From Candidatus Babeliales bacterium (GTDB lineage: Bacteria > Babelota > Babeliae > Babelales > Vermiphilaceae): a DNA stretch of 64,000 nucleotides. The position numbers and the translations under genes were made by a program. Positions 22,739-33,816 of the stretch are shown here, piece by piece. The notes beneath the pieces are model-generated. The model saw nothing but the letters and a program-made list of their open reading frames with translations, made no database searches and was not told the origin of the DNA. The stretch's first letter is position 1. Each line of letters begins with the position of its first letter. Where the stretch lies: the NCBI GenBank assembly GCA_963743635.1, contig CAVUQO010000003.1, positions 736,001 through 800,000 of the forward strand. Direction: 5' to 3'.

Positions 22739-24694
22739 ATGATCAGCGCCATCAGGAAAAAACTTGTTGGAACAAAGTTTTATAAAATAATATTTTGGAT
22801 TGTTATCATCGCCATGCTTGGACTATGGTCTTTGCCTGGAATGCTCGATAAAAAATCTCGAGGCGGCTTAGCCCCTTGGGGAACAGTTAATGGTATTGAT
22901 ATATCTCGTAATGATTTCGATCGAAAGGTAATGGCTTCTGAAGAACATATGCGCATGATTCGTGCAGAATATGGTCAATATGCGGATCAGCTCATGCAAG
23001 CAATGGGAATGCCAACCAATCCTTCATTGATTGCATATGAAGCAGTGATACGAGAAGCTTTGCTTGATCAAGTTGCTGATGCTCTCAATATTAAAGTACA
23101 TCCTGAATATGTGGTTTACTTTCTTGAAAATATCAAAAATCCCTATCATGATTTGAATGATTTAATTCCGCCGTATGCTATTGACCCTCGAACTGGTGGT
23201 ATCAATAGAGAAATTATGCAGCAACATTTGCGTAGATCTCGCATGAGCGTCAGTGAATTTGAAGAAAAACTAGAACAAAGCCTCAAGCGTAAACTTACGA
23301 GCAATCTTATTGCTCATGCAACGTATGTCCCATTATTTGAGCTTGAAAATGAATATGGCTTACGCTATTTGCCAAAAACATTCTCAGTAATGACAATCTC
23401 TAAAAATGAAATTTATGCAGAAATAAAGAAAGATGTTATCTCAGAAAATGATCTTGAAACGTTCTTTAATCGTAAGAATAAAGCGAATGAGGCGTATTGG
23501 ACTCCAGAACGCCGTAGCGTTCGCGTCTGGTCAGTAACTCCCCATACCTATGGAATATCGGTTACTGATGAAGAGGTGACTCATTATTATGAACAATACA
23601 AAGAAAGAGATTTTGTTGCGCAGGCTCCTACTGTGCAGGTGCGTAACATATTGTTAAAAGCATCTAATGCGGCAGAATTCTCTGCAGCGCATGAAAAAGC
23701 TCAACAGCTTCGCCAAAGCCTTCTCGCTAACCCAGGAGAGTTTGCAGCACGCGCTAAAGAACTTTCTGCTGATAAGGAAACGGCGGGCAACGGCGGCCTT
23801 ATGAAACCATTTGCAAAAGGAGATACTGCTATAGATCTCACGCTTGCAAAAGGCGCTTTCTTACTCAAAAATAAGGGTGATATTTCTGAGCCAATCCAAG
23901 TTAAAGACGGCATTGTGCTATTGCAACTCGTTGAGAAAACAGCGAAAGTATACAAGCCGCTTTCAGAAGTACGTAAAAATATCCTTGATAATCTTACAAT
24001 GCAGCAATTTTCTAAACGCTTTGTTTCCGATATGAAGGAAGTGTATAAAGATAAAAATGAGGCGAAACTGCAGGGAATCATCACTCAAAAGGGTGGGACT
24101 GCGGCTCTTAAGGAACTTATCACCAATGATGGTTCTGTACTAGCACGTACCGCCTTTATAACGCCACTTAATGAATATGCCTTCTACGTAGACGGCAAAG
24201 AAGGCCGCATCGTTCAAGTAACCGATATTCAAAAGCGTTATTTGCCGACGCTTGATGCCGTGCGCGAAACAGTCAAAAATGATCTCATTGAGGAACGAGC
24301 TACCTCATTATTGCATGCGCGCGTTATGCAAGCCAAAAAAGATGCAGCAAAACAGTCCCTCAATGAAATTGCTCATAACTATAAAGCACAGGTAAAGAAG
24401 GTTGGTCCTGTGGACGTTACCAATCAAGCACAACTCCAAGCGCTACAAAAAGAAGGGCTCCCTATCGAAAGCATGTTACAAATAGAAAAAGTTGGCATGA
24501 CAACCGTTTCGGCGGACAATGCTCACGGCTATGTGATTCGTCTCGATGAGGTTGCTCCGTTCAATAAAGAGGCTTTTGAGGGTAAACGACTCGCTCTCAG
24601 TGAGCAGACTGATCGGACCCGAATGATGCTGATAACACAGGGTTTTGTTGCTTCTTTGCATAGAAATGCTACAATAAACTTAAATTCAAAATAG
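22739..24694 (+). CDS. ppiD: Periplasmic chaperone/PPIase, PpiD-like
   Basis: N-terminal TM, SurA-like region, parvulin domain (FAARAKELSADKETAGNGGLM). Confidence 0.8.
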   Translation: MISAIRKKLVGTKFYKIIFWIVIIAMLGLWSLPGMLDKKSRGGLAPWGTVNGIDISRNDFDRKVMASEEHMRMIRAEYGQYADQLMQAMGMPTNPSLIAYEAVIREALLDQVADALNIKVHPEYVVYFLENIKNPYHDLNDLIPPYAIDPRTGGINREIMQQHLRRSRMSVSEFEEKLEQSLKRKLTSNLIAHATYVPLFELENEYGLRYLPKTFSVMTISKNEIYAEIKKDVISENDLETFFNRKNKANEAYWTPERRSVRVWSVTPHTYGISVTDEEVTHYYEQYKERDFVAQAPTVQVRNILLKASNAAEFSAAHEKAQQLRQSLLANPGEFAARAKELSADKETAGNGGLMKPFAKGDTAIDLTLAKGAFLLKNKGDISEPIQVKDGIVLLQLVEKTAKVYKPLSEVRKNILDNLTMQQFSKRFVSDMKEVYKDKNEAKLQGIITQKGGTAALKELITNDGSVLARTAFITPLNEYAFYVDGKEGRIVQVTDIQKRYLPTLDAVRETVKNDLIEERATSLLHARVMQAKKDAAKQSLNEIAHNYKAQVKKVGPVDVTNQAQLQALQKEGLPIESMLQIEKVGMTTVSADNAHGYVIRLDEVAPFNKEAFEGKRLALSEQTDRTRMMLITQGFVASLHRNATINLNSK

Positions 24695-24718
24695 ATTTCC
24701 TAGCAGAAGATATTCAAT

Positions 24719-25807
24719 ATGAAAACTAAAACATCGTCAAAAGATACCACTTCGAATAAACAACAAAGTGATATGGATCTCAAGAAAAAAGCCTTAGAAG
24801 TAACGTTTTCCCAGATTGATAAGCATTATGGCACTGGCGCGGTCATGCTTTTGGGGCAGTCGACAAATAGTAATATCGAAGCTATCTCTACTGGCTCAAT
24901 CTTGATTGATGAAGTCACCGGTATTGGCGGACTTCCGCGTGGCAGAATCGTTGAAATTTATGGTCCTGAAGCTTCCGGTAAGACTACCCTAGCAATGCAG
25001 GCAATAGCGCAAGCCCAACGCAATGGAGGTATATGTGCCTTCATAGACGTCGAGCATGCCCTTGATCCTTCTCATGCGCGTAAATTAGGCCTTGATGTGG
25101 ACAATCTTATTATCTCTCAGCCGGATTACGGTGAGCAGGCTCTTGATATTGCTGAAATGTTGGTAAGATCTGGTGCAATTGACATCGTAGTAATCGACTC
25201 GGTAGCGGCTCTGGTTCCAAAGGCTGAGCTTGAAGGGGATATGGGTGATTCTCATATGGGTCTTCAGGCGCGGTTGATGTCCCAGGCATTGCGTAAGTTG
25301 ACTCCAGTGGTTCATAAATCAAAGACGGTTTTGATATTTATCAACCAAATTCGTCAAAATATTGGGGCTATGCCGTTCGCGAACAAAGAAACTACAACTG
25401 GTGGTAATGCCTTAAAATTCTATGCTTCCCTACGCCTTGATGTGCGCCGTATTGCAAGTTTAAAGAAAAATGAAGAGCAAATTGGTAATCGCATTGCGGT
25501 TAAAGTAGTTAAAAATAAAATGGCGCCTCCATTTAGACGTGCAGAGTTAGATCTGCTCTTTAACGAAGGTATCAGTAGAGAACTCGATCTTTTAGATGCA
25601 TCACTTCATTTTGGTGTTATTCTTCAGTCTGGTTCGTGGTTCTCATTTGATGGCGTGAAGTTTGCCCAAGGGCGAGAACAAGCGCTTGCCTATCTGAAAG
25701 AACATAAGGATCAGGTCGCATTGATCTTCTCAAAAATAAAAGAAGCAATAGCTGCAAGAAAACTTGCAATTATTGAAGCTCCAGGGGAAATGGAACAAGA
25801 AGCGTGA
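24719..25807 (+). CDS. recA: Recombinase A
   Basis: [37 protein letters not shown]. Confidence 0.99.
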   Translation: MKTKTSSKDTTSNKQQSDMDLKKKALEVTFSQIDKHYGTGAVMLLGQSTNSNIEAISTGSILIDEVTGIGGLPRGRIVEIYGPEASGKTTLAMQAIAQAQRNGGICAFIDVEHALDPSHARKLGLDVDNLIISQPDYGEQALDIAEMLVRSGAIDIVVIDSVAALVPKAELEGDMGDSHMGLQARLMSQALRKLTPVVHKSKTVLIFINQIRQNIGAMPFANKETTTGGNALKFYASLRLDVRRIASLKKNEEQIGNRIAVKVVKNKMAPPFRRAELDLLFNEGISRELDLLDASLHFGVILQSGSWFSFDGVKFAQGREQALAYLKEHKDQVALIFSKIKEAIAARKLAIIEAPGEMEQEA

Positions 25808-25844
25808 TAATAGTAACAAGAGAAGTTAAAAGGTAGCAATTACA

Positions 25845-26411
25845 TTGAAACACAATAACAAGCAGAATCAACCGCAGCAAAACGGCGATGCACTGATAAA
25901 CGAAAAAATTCGTGCAGAGCGCGTACAGCTCATTGATGAAAAAGGCGAAAATATTGGTGTTGTGTCGCGCAGTCAAGCGTTACGCATGGCGCAGGATGTT
26001 GAACTTGACCTGGTGATGCTTTCAGAATCAGGTAAAGATAACGTGCCGGTTGTTAAAATCATGGATTTTGGCAAGGTGCTTTATGAACGCAAGAAGAAGC
26101 AAACTGAAGCCAAAAAGAATCAAAAAGTAATTCAAGTTAAAGAAATTAAATTGCGACCCAAAATTGGTGAGCATGATTATCAAACAAAGTTAAAGCAGGC
26201 GATACAGTTTCTCAATGAAGGAAAACGAGTAAAGTTTACGCTTTTCTTTAAGGGCCGTGAAAATGTTCTAAAAGATGAGCATGGCAATGAGCTTTTTGAT
26301 AAAATAGATAAATCGCTCGAAAGCGCTGAGCTTTCAGGCGATATAGTCAAAGAACAAGATTCAAAACTAGGCCAGTATTGGTCTCGTATTTATTATTTAA
26401 AGACAAAATAA
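25845..26411 (+). CDS. infC: Translation initiation factor IF-3 (non-ATG start: TTG 25845 or in-frame ATT 25839)
   Basis: INEKIRA, KEIKLRPKIGEHDY; precedes rpmI-rplT. Confidence 0.96.
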   Translation: MKHNNKQNQPQQNGDALINEKIRAERVQLIDEKGENIGVVSRSQALRMAQDVELDLVMLSESGKDNVPVVKIMDFGKVLYERKKKQTEAKKNQKVIQVKEIKLRPKIGEHDYQTKLKQAIQFLNEGKRVKFTLFFKGRENVLKDEHGNELFDKIDKSLESAELSGDIVKEQDSKLGQYWSRIYYLKTK

Positions 26412-26424
26412 TTTAGGGTGATTT

Positions 26425-26619
26425 ATGCCAAAAATGAAAACAAGTTCTGCCGCAAAAAAACGTTTTACCAAGAAAAAATCTGGTATGATCAAGCGTGCTA
26501 AAGCGTACAGAAGACATTTGATGACGAAAAAGACTACAAAGCAAAATCGTCAATCATGCACAACTGCATATGTTCATGCAGCAGATCTTAAAAAAATAGC
26601 GAAAATGTTACCAAATTAA
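26425..26619 (+). CDS. rpmI: 50S ribosomal protein L35
   Basis: MPKMKTSSAAKKRF; operon position. Confidence 0.97.
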   Translation: MPKMKTSSAAKKRFTKKKSGMIKRAKAYRRHLMTKKTTKQNRQSCTTAYVHAADLKKIAKMLPN

Positions 26620-26646
26620 TTGATTATAAGTATATAGGGTTAGATT

Positions 26647-26994
26647 ATGTCACGAGTTAAACGAGGTATTGTTACCAAGAAGCGTCACAAGAAATTGTTA
26701 AAAGAAACCAAGGGTTATTGGGGTCAACGCAGTAATATCTTCAAGCGAGCACGCGAAACTTTAATGCGCGCTATGGCGTACGCATTCAAAGGCCGTAAGA
26801 TGAGAAAACGTGATATGCGTTCTCTTTTCATTACACGTATTAATGCTGCCGCTGAAAAACACGATCTTTCATACAGCAAATTCATCCAAGGCTTAAAAGT
26901 AGCCAATGTTCAACTTAATAGAAAAATGCTCAGTCAGCTTGCGATATTTGATGCAGATGTGTTTGCGTCACTTGCAACTATTGCTAAGGGTTAA
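26647..26994 (+). CDS. rplT: 50S ribosomal protein L20
   Basis: MSRVKRG, RINAA, LNRKMLSQLA. Confidence 0.98.
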   Translation: MSRVKRGIVTKKRHKKLLKETKGYWGQRSNIFKRARETLMRAMAYAFKGRKMRKRDMRSLFITRINAAAEKHDLSYSKFIQGLKVANVQLNRKMLSQLAIFDADVFASLATIAKG

Positions 26995-26995
26995 T

Positions 26996-27130
26996 CCTTC
27001 CTCCTACGCCGAACGGCGAACAGGTCGACGACCCCGCGCATGGTGAGGAGTCCGAAGGACTTCTCGAACCAGGGATGAGCGAAATAATAAGATTCCGCTC
27101 ATGGTGCGTAGTGAAAGTGTATCTAACCAT
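26996..27130. repeat. Cluster of REP-like family A elements
   Basis: ccgcgcatggtgaggagtccgaaggacttctcgaacc and ccgctcatggtg; inverted gatgagcgaa/ttccgctcat. Confidence 0.55.
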
Positions 27131-27203
27131 TGACAATGCATTTACTGCATGACTAAACTGAAGCTGTTTTATAATATTAGGCAACCAAAGAAGGGGGAGC
27201 CGC

Positions 27204-27452
27204 ATGGAAGCATTACAAAATCTTGAAAATAAAATTGCTGCATTGATAGATCTTGTGAATAAAATAAAAAAAGAGAATGCTGAATTGGTTGATCAGAACG
27301 CTCAATTAACAAAGAAATTAAAAGAATCTCAAGACGCCTTATTGCATGATGTCAAAGATTTAGGCAACCTGCAAAAACAACGTCAAGAAGCCATAAGTAT
27401 GGTTGATTCATTAATTAAAAGTATTGATACGTTTGTTGAACGTGAGAAATAG
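27204..27452 (+). CDS. Coiled-coil cell division protein, ZapB-like
   Basis: LENKIAALIDLV heptads; directly upstream of zapA. Confidence 0.65.
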   Translation: MEALQNLENKIAALIDLVNKIKKENAELVDQNAQLTKKLKESQDALLHDVKDLGNLQKQRQEAISMVDSLIKSIDTFVEREK

Positions 27453-27457
27453 TAGTA

Positions 27458-27751
27458 ATGGATAAAGCAAAAAGCCTCAAATTACGTATTTTTGATAAAG
27501 AATATACGATTGTAAGTGACGAGTCAGAAGAGCGCGTTAAGAAGACCGCACATCTTGTTGACTCTCTCATGCGAGAAATAGTTGAACATGCTAAAAAATT
27601 GCCGGAAGAACGCATCGCGGTGCTTGCGGCTCTTCGTCTTGCAAGTGAATTGTTGACGATTGAATCGAAAAAAGAACAAGAAAAGCTCAAAACAGATTCG
27701 CTTAGCTTGCTTCTTGATCGTGAATTAGCGGTGTTATCAAATAGCGAGTAA
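27458..27751 (+). CDS. zapA: Cell division protein ZapA
   Basis: IFDKEYTI, VDSLMREI, IAVLAALRLA; zapA-rny synteny. Confidence 0.85.
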   Translation: MDKAKSLKLRIFDKEYTIVSDESEERVKKTAHLVDSLMREIVEHAKKLPEERIAVLAALRLASELLTIESKKEQEKLKTDSLSLLLDRELAVLSNSE

Positions 27752-27860
27752 TTATTTATTGCTCGCTTTGACTTCAATTCGTAATTGAGTGCCTTTGCCC
27801 CGTCTGCGGGTGTCGCATAAGCGCTCATCTTTTATTTACGTCCACTATTGACGCCAATCT
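27730..27860 (+). ncRNA. Candidate 6S RNA
   Basis: Sits between zapA and rny, a common ssrS position; irregular stem tgagtgc..cccg/cggg..gcgctca and a possible closing stem ggtgt/acgcc; boundaries uncertain. Confidence 0.3.
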
Positions 27861-27927
27861 CAGGCCTCTCTTGATAATTTTGAATCAAGAAAAAGGTGAT
27901 TGTACAGCACATTTAGGAATAATCATT

Positions 27928-29493
27928 ATGGAATTAAGTTCGGCATTTATTGTCATTACCGGGGCATGCTTCGTTATAGGCGCAATACTATTGCTCCTAT
28001 ATGCCAAGAAAGCGCATTGCTGAAGCAAATGAATTATTGTTTGATTCGAAGAATAAATGGAAAGATGTTAAACGCGAAATTGAAAATGAACGTCGTGAAT
28101 CTGCCCTAAAAATAAAAGATGAAATCTATAAAAAGCGCAGCGAATTTGAACTTGAGATGAAGCGGGATCGAGTTGAACTTGATCGTCTTCAAAATAAGCT
28201 CACATCAAAATATGAAAGCATTGAGAAAAAAGAGCAACATATCGATGAGCTTCGCCGTGAACTTCAAGAAAAAGAGCGTACATTTTTTCGCAAAGAAGAT
28301 GCATTGCGAGCGAATGAAAATAAGCTCAAGACTTTTATACAATGATCTCATTACCAAGCTTAGAACGAACCAGCAATATGACACGCGAAGATGCGCGTAA
28401 AGAGTTGGCTCATACGCTTGAAGATGAAGTGCGTCTTTCTAATCAAAAATATATCCAAAAAATTGAAGAAGAAGCTCGTCAATCGGGCAAAGAACGAGCA
28501 TTGGACATTGTTATCGGCGCTATGCAACGATACACTGCCGATCAGGTTGCCCCTCATGCATCAAGCGTTGTACATTTACCCAACGATGAAATGAAGGGTC
28601 GTATTATCGGTAAAGAAGGCCGTAATATTAAGTCGCTCGAAATGGCAACTGGTATGGAATTCGTAATTGGTGATACGCCAGAAATAATCACCATCTCTGG
28701 TTTTAACCCTATACGCCGTGAAGTTGCGCGCCGCACTCTTGAAAAATTGATTTCAGACGGACGCATCAACCCAACTCGCATTGAAGAAACCGTTGCTCAA
28801 GTTGAGAAAGAACTGGAAGAAATAATCCAAGAATACGGAAAAGATGTGGTTCTTGAGTTTAATCTTCAAGGCATGCATCCTGAACTGGTCACTATGCTTG
28901 GAAAGCTACAATTTAGAACGAGTTTCTCTCAAAACGTGTTAATGCATTCTAAGGAAGTAGCATTAATTTCGCGCATGATTGCTCAAGAATTAGGTCTCAA
29001 TCCTGATATCGCATTGCGTGGCGGTCTCTTGCATGATATCGGTAAAGCGGTCAGTGCAGAAGTAGAAGGCCCACATGCTATTATCGGTGGAGATATCGCA
29101 AAACGATGCGGCGAAGATCCACGTGTGGTGAACGCAATTGCTGCCCATCACCAAGAAGTTCCTTACGAATCAGTCTATGGACCGATTGTGGTTATCGCCG
29201 ACACCATTTCAGCGGTACGTCCAGGAGCTCGCCGTGAAACCTTATCTGCCTACATCAAGCGCCTTGAAAAGTTGGAAGAAATTGCCAACTCATTTGAAGG
29301 GGTTAAGAAGGCATATGCGCTTCAAGCGGGTCGAGAGGTTCGCATTATTGTTGAAGAAGATCGTCTGACCGATGATGAAGCTTCAATTATGGCGCGTGAC
29401 ATTGCCAAGAAGGTTGAAGAAGAAATGAACTTCCCTGGCCAAATCAAAGTTAATGTCATTCGTGAAAAACGTTCCATTGAATATGCGCGATAG
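27928..29493 (+). CDS. rny: Ribonuclease Y, frameshifted near 28008 and 28335-28360
   Basis: N-terminal TM, coiled coil, KH (KGRIIGKEGRNI), HD (LLHDIGKA), RPGARRE. Confidence 0.93.
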
Positions 29494-29499
29494 GATCTG

Positions 29500-30318
29500 A
29501 TGGCAACCATTCGAATACTTTTTATCGGTGATTTGGTTGGTAAAGCCGGAAGAGCTATTTTTGAAAAACATATCGATCGCGTGCGCAAAAAGCATGCGAT
29601 CGATGCTTTAATTGTAAATGGTGAAAATAGCGCGCATGGCCGTGGAATTACCCCCAATATCGCTCAGTTCTTCAAGCAGCATGGCGTGGACGTCATCACC
29701 TCTGGCAATCACATCTGGGCAAACAAAGAAATCTATGCCTATCTTGATTCACACAAAGATCTTTTAAGACCGATCAACTTTCCGCAAGGAGCACCCGGCG
29801 TTGGCGTCACTACCTTTACCTGCAAAGGAAGCACCGTTGGTGTTGTCAACGTACAAGGCCGCGTCTTCATGAAAGAAATGGTAACCTGTCCATTTCGGGC
29901 TATGGATTCTCTCCTGACTTATCTCAAAAGCAAAACAAATATCATCGTGGTGGATTTTCACGCTGAGGCAACCTCAGAAAAGCAAGCTTTAGCTTTATAT
30001 CTTGATGGTAAAATTTCAGCACTCGTAGGTACGCATACCCATGTGCAGACTGCAGACGAGCGGATTCTTCCTGGCGGCACTGCTTATATGACTGATCTTG
30101 GTATGGGTGGATCGCTCAATGAATCAATTGGCATGAGAAAAGAAGCAGTTATACAGCAGTTTTTGACTCAGTTACCGGTCAGATTTATTGCGGCAACCTC
30201 AAGTCCGTTTGTAATGAGTGGTGTTTGGATCGAAATTGATACCGAATCCGGTAAAGCCATACATATTGAACGCATCCGTATTGTTGACCATGAGTTGCAA
30301 GTCGATGAAGATGTATAA
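29500..30318 (+). CDS. ymdB: YmdB-like metallophosphoesterase
   Basis: ILFIGDLVG, NGEN, TSGNH, DFHAEATSEK, GTHTHVQTAD. Confidence 0.92.
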   Translation: MATIRILFIGDLVGKAGRAIFEKHIDRVRKKHAIDALIVNGENSAHGRGITPNIAQFFKQHGVDVITSGNHIWANKEIYAYLDSHKDLLRPINFPQGAPGVGVTTFTCKGSTVGVVNVQGRVFMKEMVTCPFRAMDSLLTYLKSKTNIIVVDFHAEATSEKQALALYLDGKISALVGTHTHVQTADERILPGGTAYMTDLGMGGSLNESIGMRKEAVIQQFLTQLPVRFIAATSSPFVMSGVWIEIDTESGKAIHIERIRIVDHELQVDEDV

Positions 30319-31235
30319 TATCGCCCCCATTTTAATCATGTATATGCTCTTTGCAAGTACCTTTACTATTGGTAAAGCAGTCCTTGCATTGGTAAATCCG
30401 GTATTTTTTATTGGGGTTCGCATGACCATAGCAGGGTTATTGCTGCTCGGTTATTCTGCACTCTACCAAAAGAAGTCATTACGGGTCATTAAAGAACATT
30501 GGTGGTTGTTTGCGCTCATAGCATTCTTTCATATTTATATTGCGTATATCGCAGAATTTTGGGCCTTAAAACACGTTTTATCGTCCAAGGCTTGCTTGCT
30601 TTATAATCTATCCCCATTTGTAACCGCGCTTTGCACCTATGCGTTCTTCAAAGAAAAGCTTAGTAAGCAGAAAATTGCAGGGCTCATTATAGGTTTTTTG
30701 GGATTTATACCAATATTGCTTAGTTCTGCGCCTGAAGAATTAGCTGCAGGTTATTGGGGTTTTCTCACCGTCCCAGAGCTCATGCTGATGGTTTCTGTCT
30801 TGTCTTCAGTGTTGGGATGGCTCATTTTTAAAAATCTTATCACGAAACATGGCTATTCGCCGTTTTTAATAAATGGGTATGGCATGTTGATCGGAGGCCT
30901 CATGGCTTTAGTAACGTCATTCGCCATTGAAGGGATCCCTCACGATTGGTCTGACCGGCAGCACTCAAGAAATCACCGCATTTATTGAATACACGGCACT
31001 CATGATCATCGTGGCCAACATCATAGCCTATAATCTTTATGGCTATTTGCTGCATGTATATAGCCCAACATTACTCTCATTTTTCGGGTTTACAACCCCA
31101 TTATTCACTGCTTTTTATGGCTTCTTGTTCTTACATGAGCCAATTTCGACTGCATTTATTCTTTCATTAATCCTGGTTTCAACAGGATTATTCCTCTTTT
31201 ATCAAGAAGAACTGAGACTCAAAATAAAAACCTAA
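30311..31235 (+). CDS. EamA/DMT transporter with one frameshift near 30940
   Basis: About 10 TM segments across two overlapping ORFs; LSPFVTAL and LFLHEPI motifs. Confidence 0.85.
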
Positions 31236-31283
31236 AATCGTGGCTCAAAGAGCAAAGAGTTGTGCCAAAAATCGAACAAAAAA

Positions 31284-31317
31284 AAATATAGGTCCTCTCG
31301 AGAGAGAACCTATATTT
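31284..31317. terminator. Hairpin between convergent genes
   Basis: aaatataggtcctctc/gagagaacctatattt. Confidence 0.6.
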
Positions 31318-31323
31318 GTCTAA

Positions 31324-31701
31324 TTAAGCCTTAACTGGAGCTGCTGCTGGTGTGTGCTTCTTAGCTACACGGCGTTTAGCCATACGGCGTTTACCTGTAG
31401 TCTTTTTAGCTACACGACGTATAGATTTGCGAGCTGCCTTTTTAGCTGTTTTACGCTTTGGAGCTGCTTTTTTAGCAGTTGTTCTGCGTTTAGCTGCTTT
31501 TTTAGCTACTTTACGCTTTGGAGCTGCTTTTTTAGCTGCTGTTTTGCGTTTTGGAGCTGCTTTTTTAGCTGCTGTTTTACGTTTAGCTACGCGTTTTACC
31601 GTTTTCTTCGCAGTAGTTTTTTTAGCTACGCGTTTTACAGTCTTACGTTTAGCAGTAGTAGCTTTTTTAGCTACTTTCTTTCTTTTGATTGCCATTGTCA
31701 T
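31324..31701 (-). CDS. Histone H1-like Lys/Ala/Arg-rich nucleoid protein (Hc2-like)
   Basis: Repeats KKAAPKRKTAA, KRVAKK; no acidic residues; AGGAG RBS upstream. Confidence 0.8.
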   Translation of the reverse strand: MTMAIKRKKVAKKATTAKRKTVKRVAKKTTAKKTVKRVAKRKTAAKKAAPKRKTAAKKAAPKRKVAKKAAKRRTTAKKAAPKRKTAKKAARKSIRRVAKKTTGKRRMAKRRVAKKHTPAAAPVKA

Positions 31702-32055
31702 TCTCCTTCTTTGTGAATGAAATTAGTTCTAATTCTAGTTTTTACTAACCTGAGTTAGTAATATACAAAAGGTAACACTTTTACGATTGCCTTTTGTCTG
31801 ATCATCGTTCCGTGTATTTCAAAGATTTTTTATCTTAATTCAATATTACAAAATTTAATTTTTAAAAATCAAGAGTTGTATGCCAAAATTTCAATTTTAT
31901 GTTTCTATAAAAAGGATTTTCTCATCTAAATGAGTAAAAAAAGGGATTGCGATGATATCGCGCATACTTTGATTGGGACGTGAATCCCAGAGAATGAGAC
32001 TATTGTGAAAAGAAAAAAAATTATTATTAAAAGAAAAAGTGATTAATTTTCATTA

Positions 32056-32445
32056 TTACGTCGATTTTTTGAGCGATTTTTTTAGTTTTTTGTATTTTTC
32101 ATATGATCCGTGAACTTGATCGGCTGGATATTTGAGGGCAACAAGCTTTAATTTTTCCGTTACCGCATCACTGATATCAATATCATAGAGACTGCAAAAG
32201 CTCAGCAGATAGCAAAATATATCTGCGACCTCATGTTTTACTTCTTGAAAATCCTTAACCAAATCATCTTTTGACGCCTCGCTATCGCACCATTGGAACT
32301 TCTCCATCAGTTCCGCGGCTTCTATAGAGATGGACATACTGAGATTTTTGGGGGAGTGGAACTTTTCCCAGTCTCGTTCTTTTACAAACGTAGCCATTTT
32401 AGCCTTGAGTTCCTTGAGGGTGGTCGTTGAATCTGCCATGGTCAT
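32056..32445 (-). CDS. MazG-like nucleotide pyrophosphohydrolase (dCTPase type)
   Basis: FVKERDWEKFHSPKNLSMSISIEAAELME, EVADI, KYP. Confidence 0.92.
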   Translation of the reverse strand: MTMADSTTTLKELKAKMATFVKERDWEKFHSPKNLSMSISIEAAELMEKFQWCDSEASKDDLVKDFQEVKHEVADIFCYLLSFCSLYDIDISDAVTEKLKLVALKYPADQVHGSYEKYKKLKKSLKKST

Positions 32446-32591
32446 GCCTTTATTAAATTGGTAGAAATTCTTTGATTTTCGCGCCGAAGCCAGAACTGGG
32501 CCGCACATACATTATAAGGATAACAATTTTAGAGTCCGGGCACAAAAAAGCCCCGGGGTACTCCCGAGGCTCTTACTTTTTTGTGGCGATC

Positions 32592-33077
32592 TTAGATATT
32601 GTCGTTCTTGATCATGTGCTTCAAAATATCCAAGGATTTTTCAGGCAAACTATGAACTAAATTCCCATTGGCATCGCACGCCTCTAAATCATCCAATATG
32701 CCCATATTAAGAAGCTTTTTAAGCAAATATGCCGGCCATTGGGCTAAAGGTGTATTGTTTTCACAACAGTTTTTAAGATCTTTGCGGTCTGGATTTTCAG
32801 GAAGTTTATTCAAAGATTCGTGTAAATCAGAATATAGTTTAAGTCGACACAAAATACTTCGTTGGGGATAACGAGGACTATAAAATTCATCATCATGAGC
32901 ATTGAATTCTTCCTCCATACTCCATGAAGGACCTGTCCAGGTACTACCTACGATGATTCCTTTGATATGTTTTCGAACTAATTCGGCTTGTAGGCTCTCT
33001 TGTTGATCGTTTGCTACTGCATTCAAAAAAGTCAGCGATAACATAGATAATGCCAGGTATTTTTTTAGGCTTAACAT
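32592..33077 (-). CDS. Hypothetical secreted protein
   Basis: Signal peptide MLSLKKYLALSMLSLTF with AAGGA RBS. Confidence 0.75.
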   Translation of the reverse strand: MLSLKKYLALSMLSLTFLNAVANDQQESLQAELVRKHIKGIIVGSTWTGPSWSMEEEFNAHDDEFYSPRYPQRSILCRLKLYSDLHESLNKLPENPDRKDLKNCCENNTPLAQWPAYLLKKLLNMGILDDLEACDANGNLVHSLPEKSLDILKHMIKNDNI

Positions 33078-33217
33078 AGGTTTGTCCTTTACGTTAGTTT
33101 TTAAATATTTTGGTAAATAATACCATACATAAGGCGTTTTGCAAAAAAACTGAATTCTGAGGGCCACTCTATGCCAAGAAAAATCTAATTAAAAACGAAA
33201 GATCATTTTAAATCCAA

Positions 33218-33268
33218 TTATACCGTCGGCTGGCTTCGCTCGAAGGCTTCTTTGCCAAGCTCTGCGTA
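33218..33268 (-). pseudogene. Orphan copy of the last 16 codons and stop of the 33978..34853 hydrolase
   Basis: Encodes YAELGKEAFERSQPTV* vs YAELGKEAFERSQPAV*. Confidence 0.85.
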
Positions 33269-33371
33269 GTTTAATTTTATCGAAGGGAATGGGAAGAGGT
33301 TTGTGGTTGGATCGCTGAGGCTAAACCCAGAACTTGGCTGCACATATACTATAATATTTGAGAGTTCGGGC

Positions 33372-33410
33372 AAAAAAAAAGCCCCGGGATTTAGTCCCGG
33401 GGCTTTTTTT
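33372..33410. terminator. Intrinsic terminator
   Basis: aaaaaaaaagccccggga-tttag-tcccggggcttttttt. Confidence 0.85.
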
Positions 33411-33438
33411 ACGTATTAAAAATCTTTATGCTTAAACC

Positions 33439-33816
33439 CTATCGTAAATGCTTAAACCCTTCAGTCTGCCTAACCTGAATTTCCTCGAGTTCCTCAAAAA
33501 GACGCTTGAATCCCTGCTTTATAATTTCACTCACATGCTCCGTGCTTTTTGCTATCTTTGTTGTGTTTTCTAGCATCTTGTTCTGTCCAGCTATCAATGT
33601 TGTCATATTTTTATTCAATTCTTCTATCGCAGCAGTTAACCGAGCAGTTTCATTGCTTGGTGCCTGCATAGATGGTTGGTACATGGTTGGAGCAGGGCTT
33701 GGTAGGCTTGGTACCTGAATAGGTGGTTGGGCTGGGCGGTATTGTCCCCGCATATTCTGACTAAATATGGTCAGTGATAGCGCAGATATGGCTAAGTATT
33801 TTTTTAACGTTGACAT
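33439..33816 (-). CDS. Hypothetical secreted protein, Pro-rich then coiled coil
   Basis: Signal peptide MSTLKKYLAISALSLTIF, similar to that of 32592..33077. Confidence 0.75.
   Translation of the reverse strand: MSTLKKYLAISALSLTIFSQNMRGQYRPAQPPIQVPSLPSPAPTMYQPSMQAPSNETARLTAAIEELNKNMTTLIAGQNKMLENTTKIAKSTEHVSEIIKQGFKRLFEELEEIQVRQTEGFKHLR

Noticed and set aside
31352..31720. Antisense ORFs over the histone-like gene
   Set aside because: Shadow frames of low-complexity codons; the RBS and terminator support the minus-strand gene.
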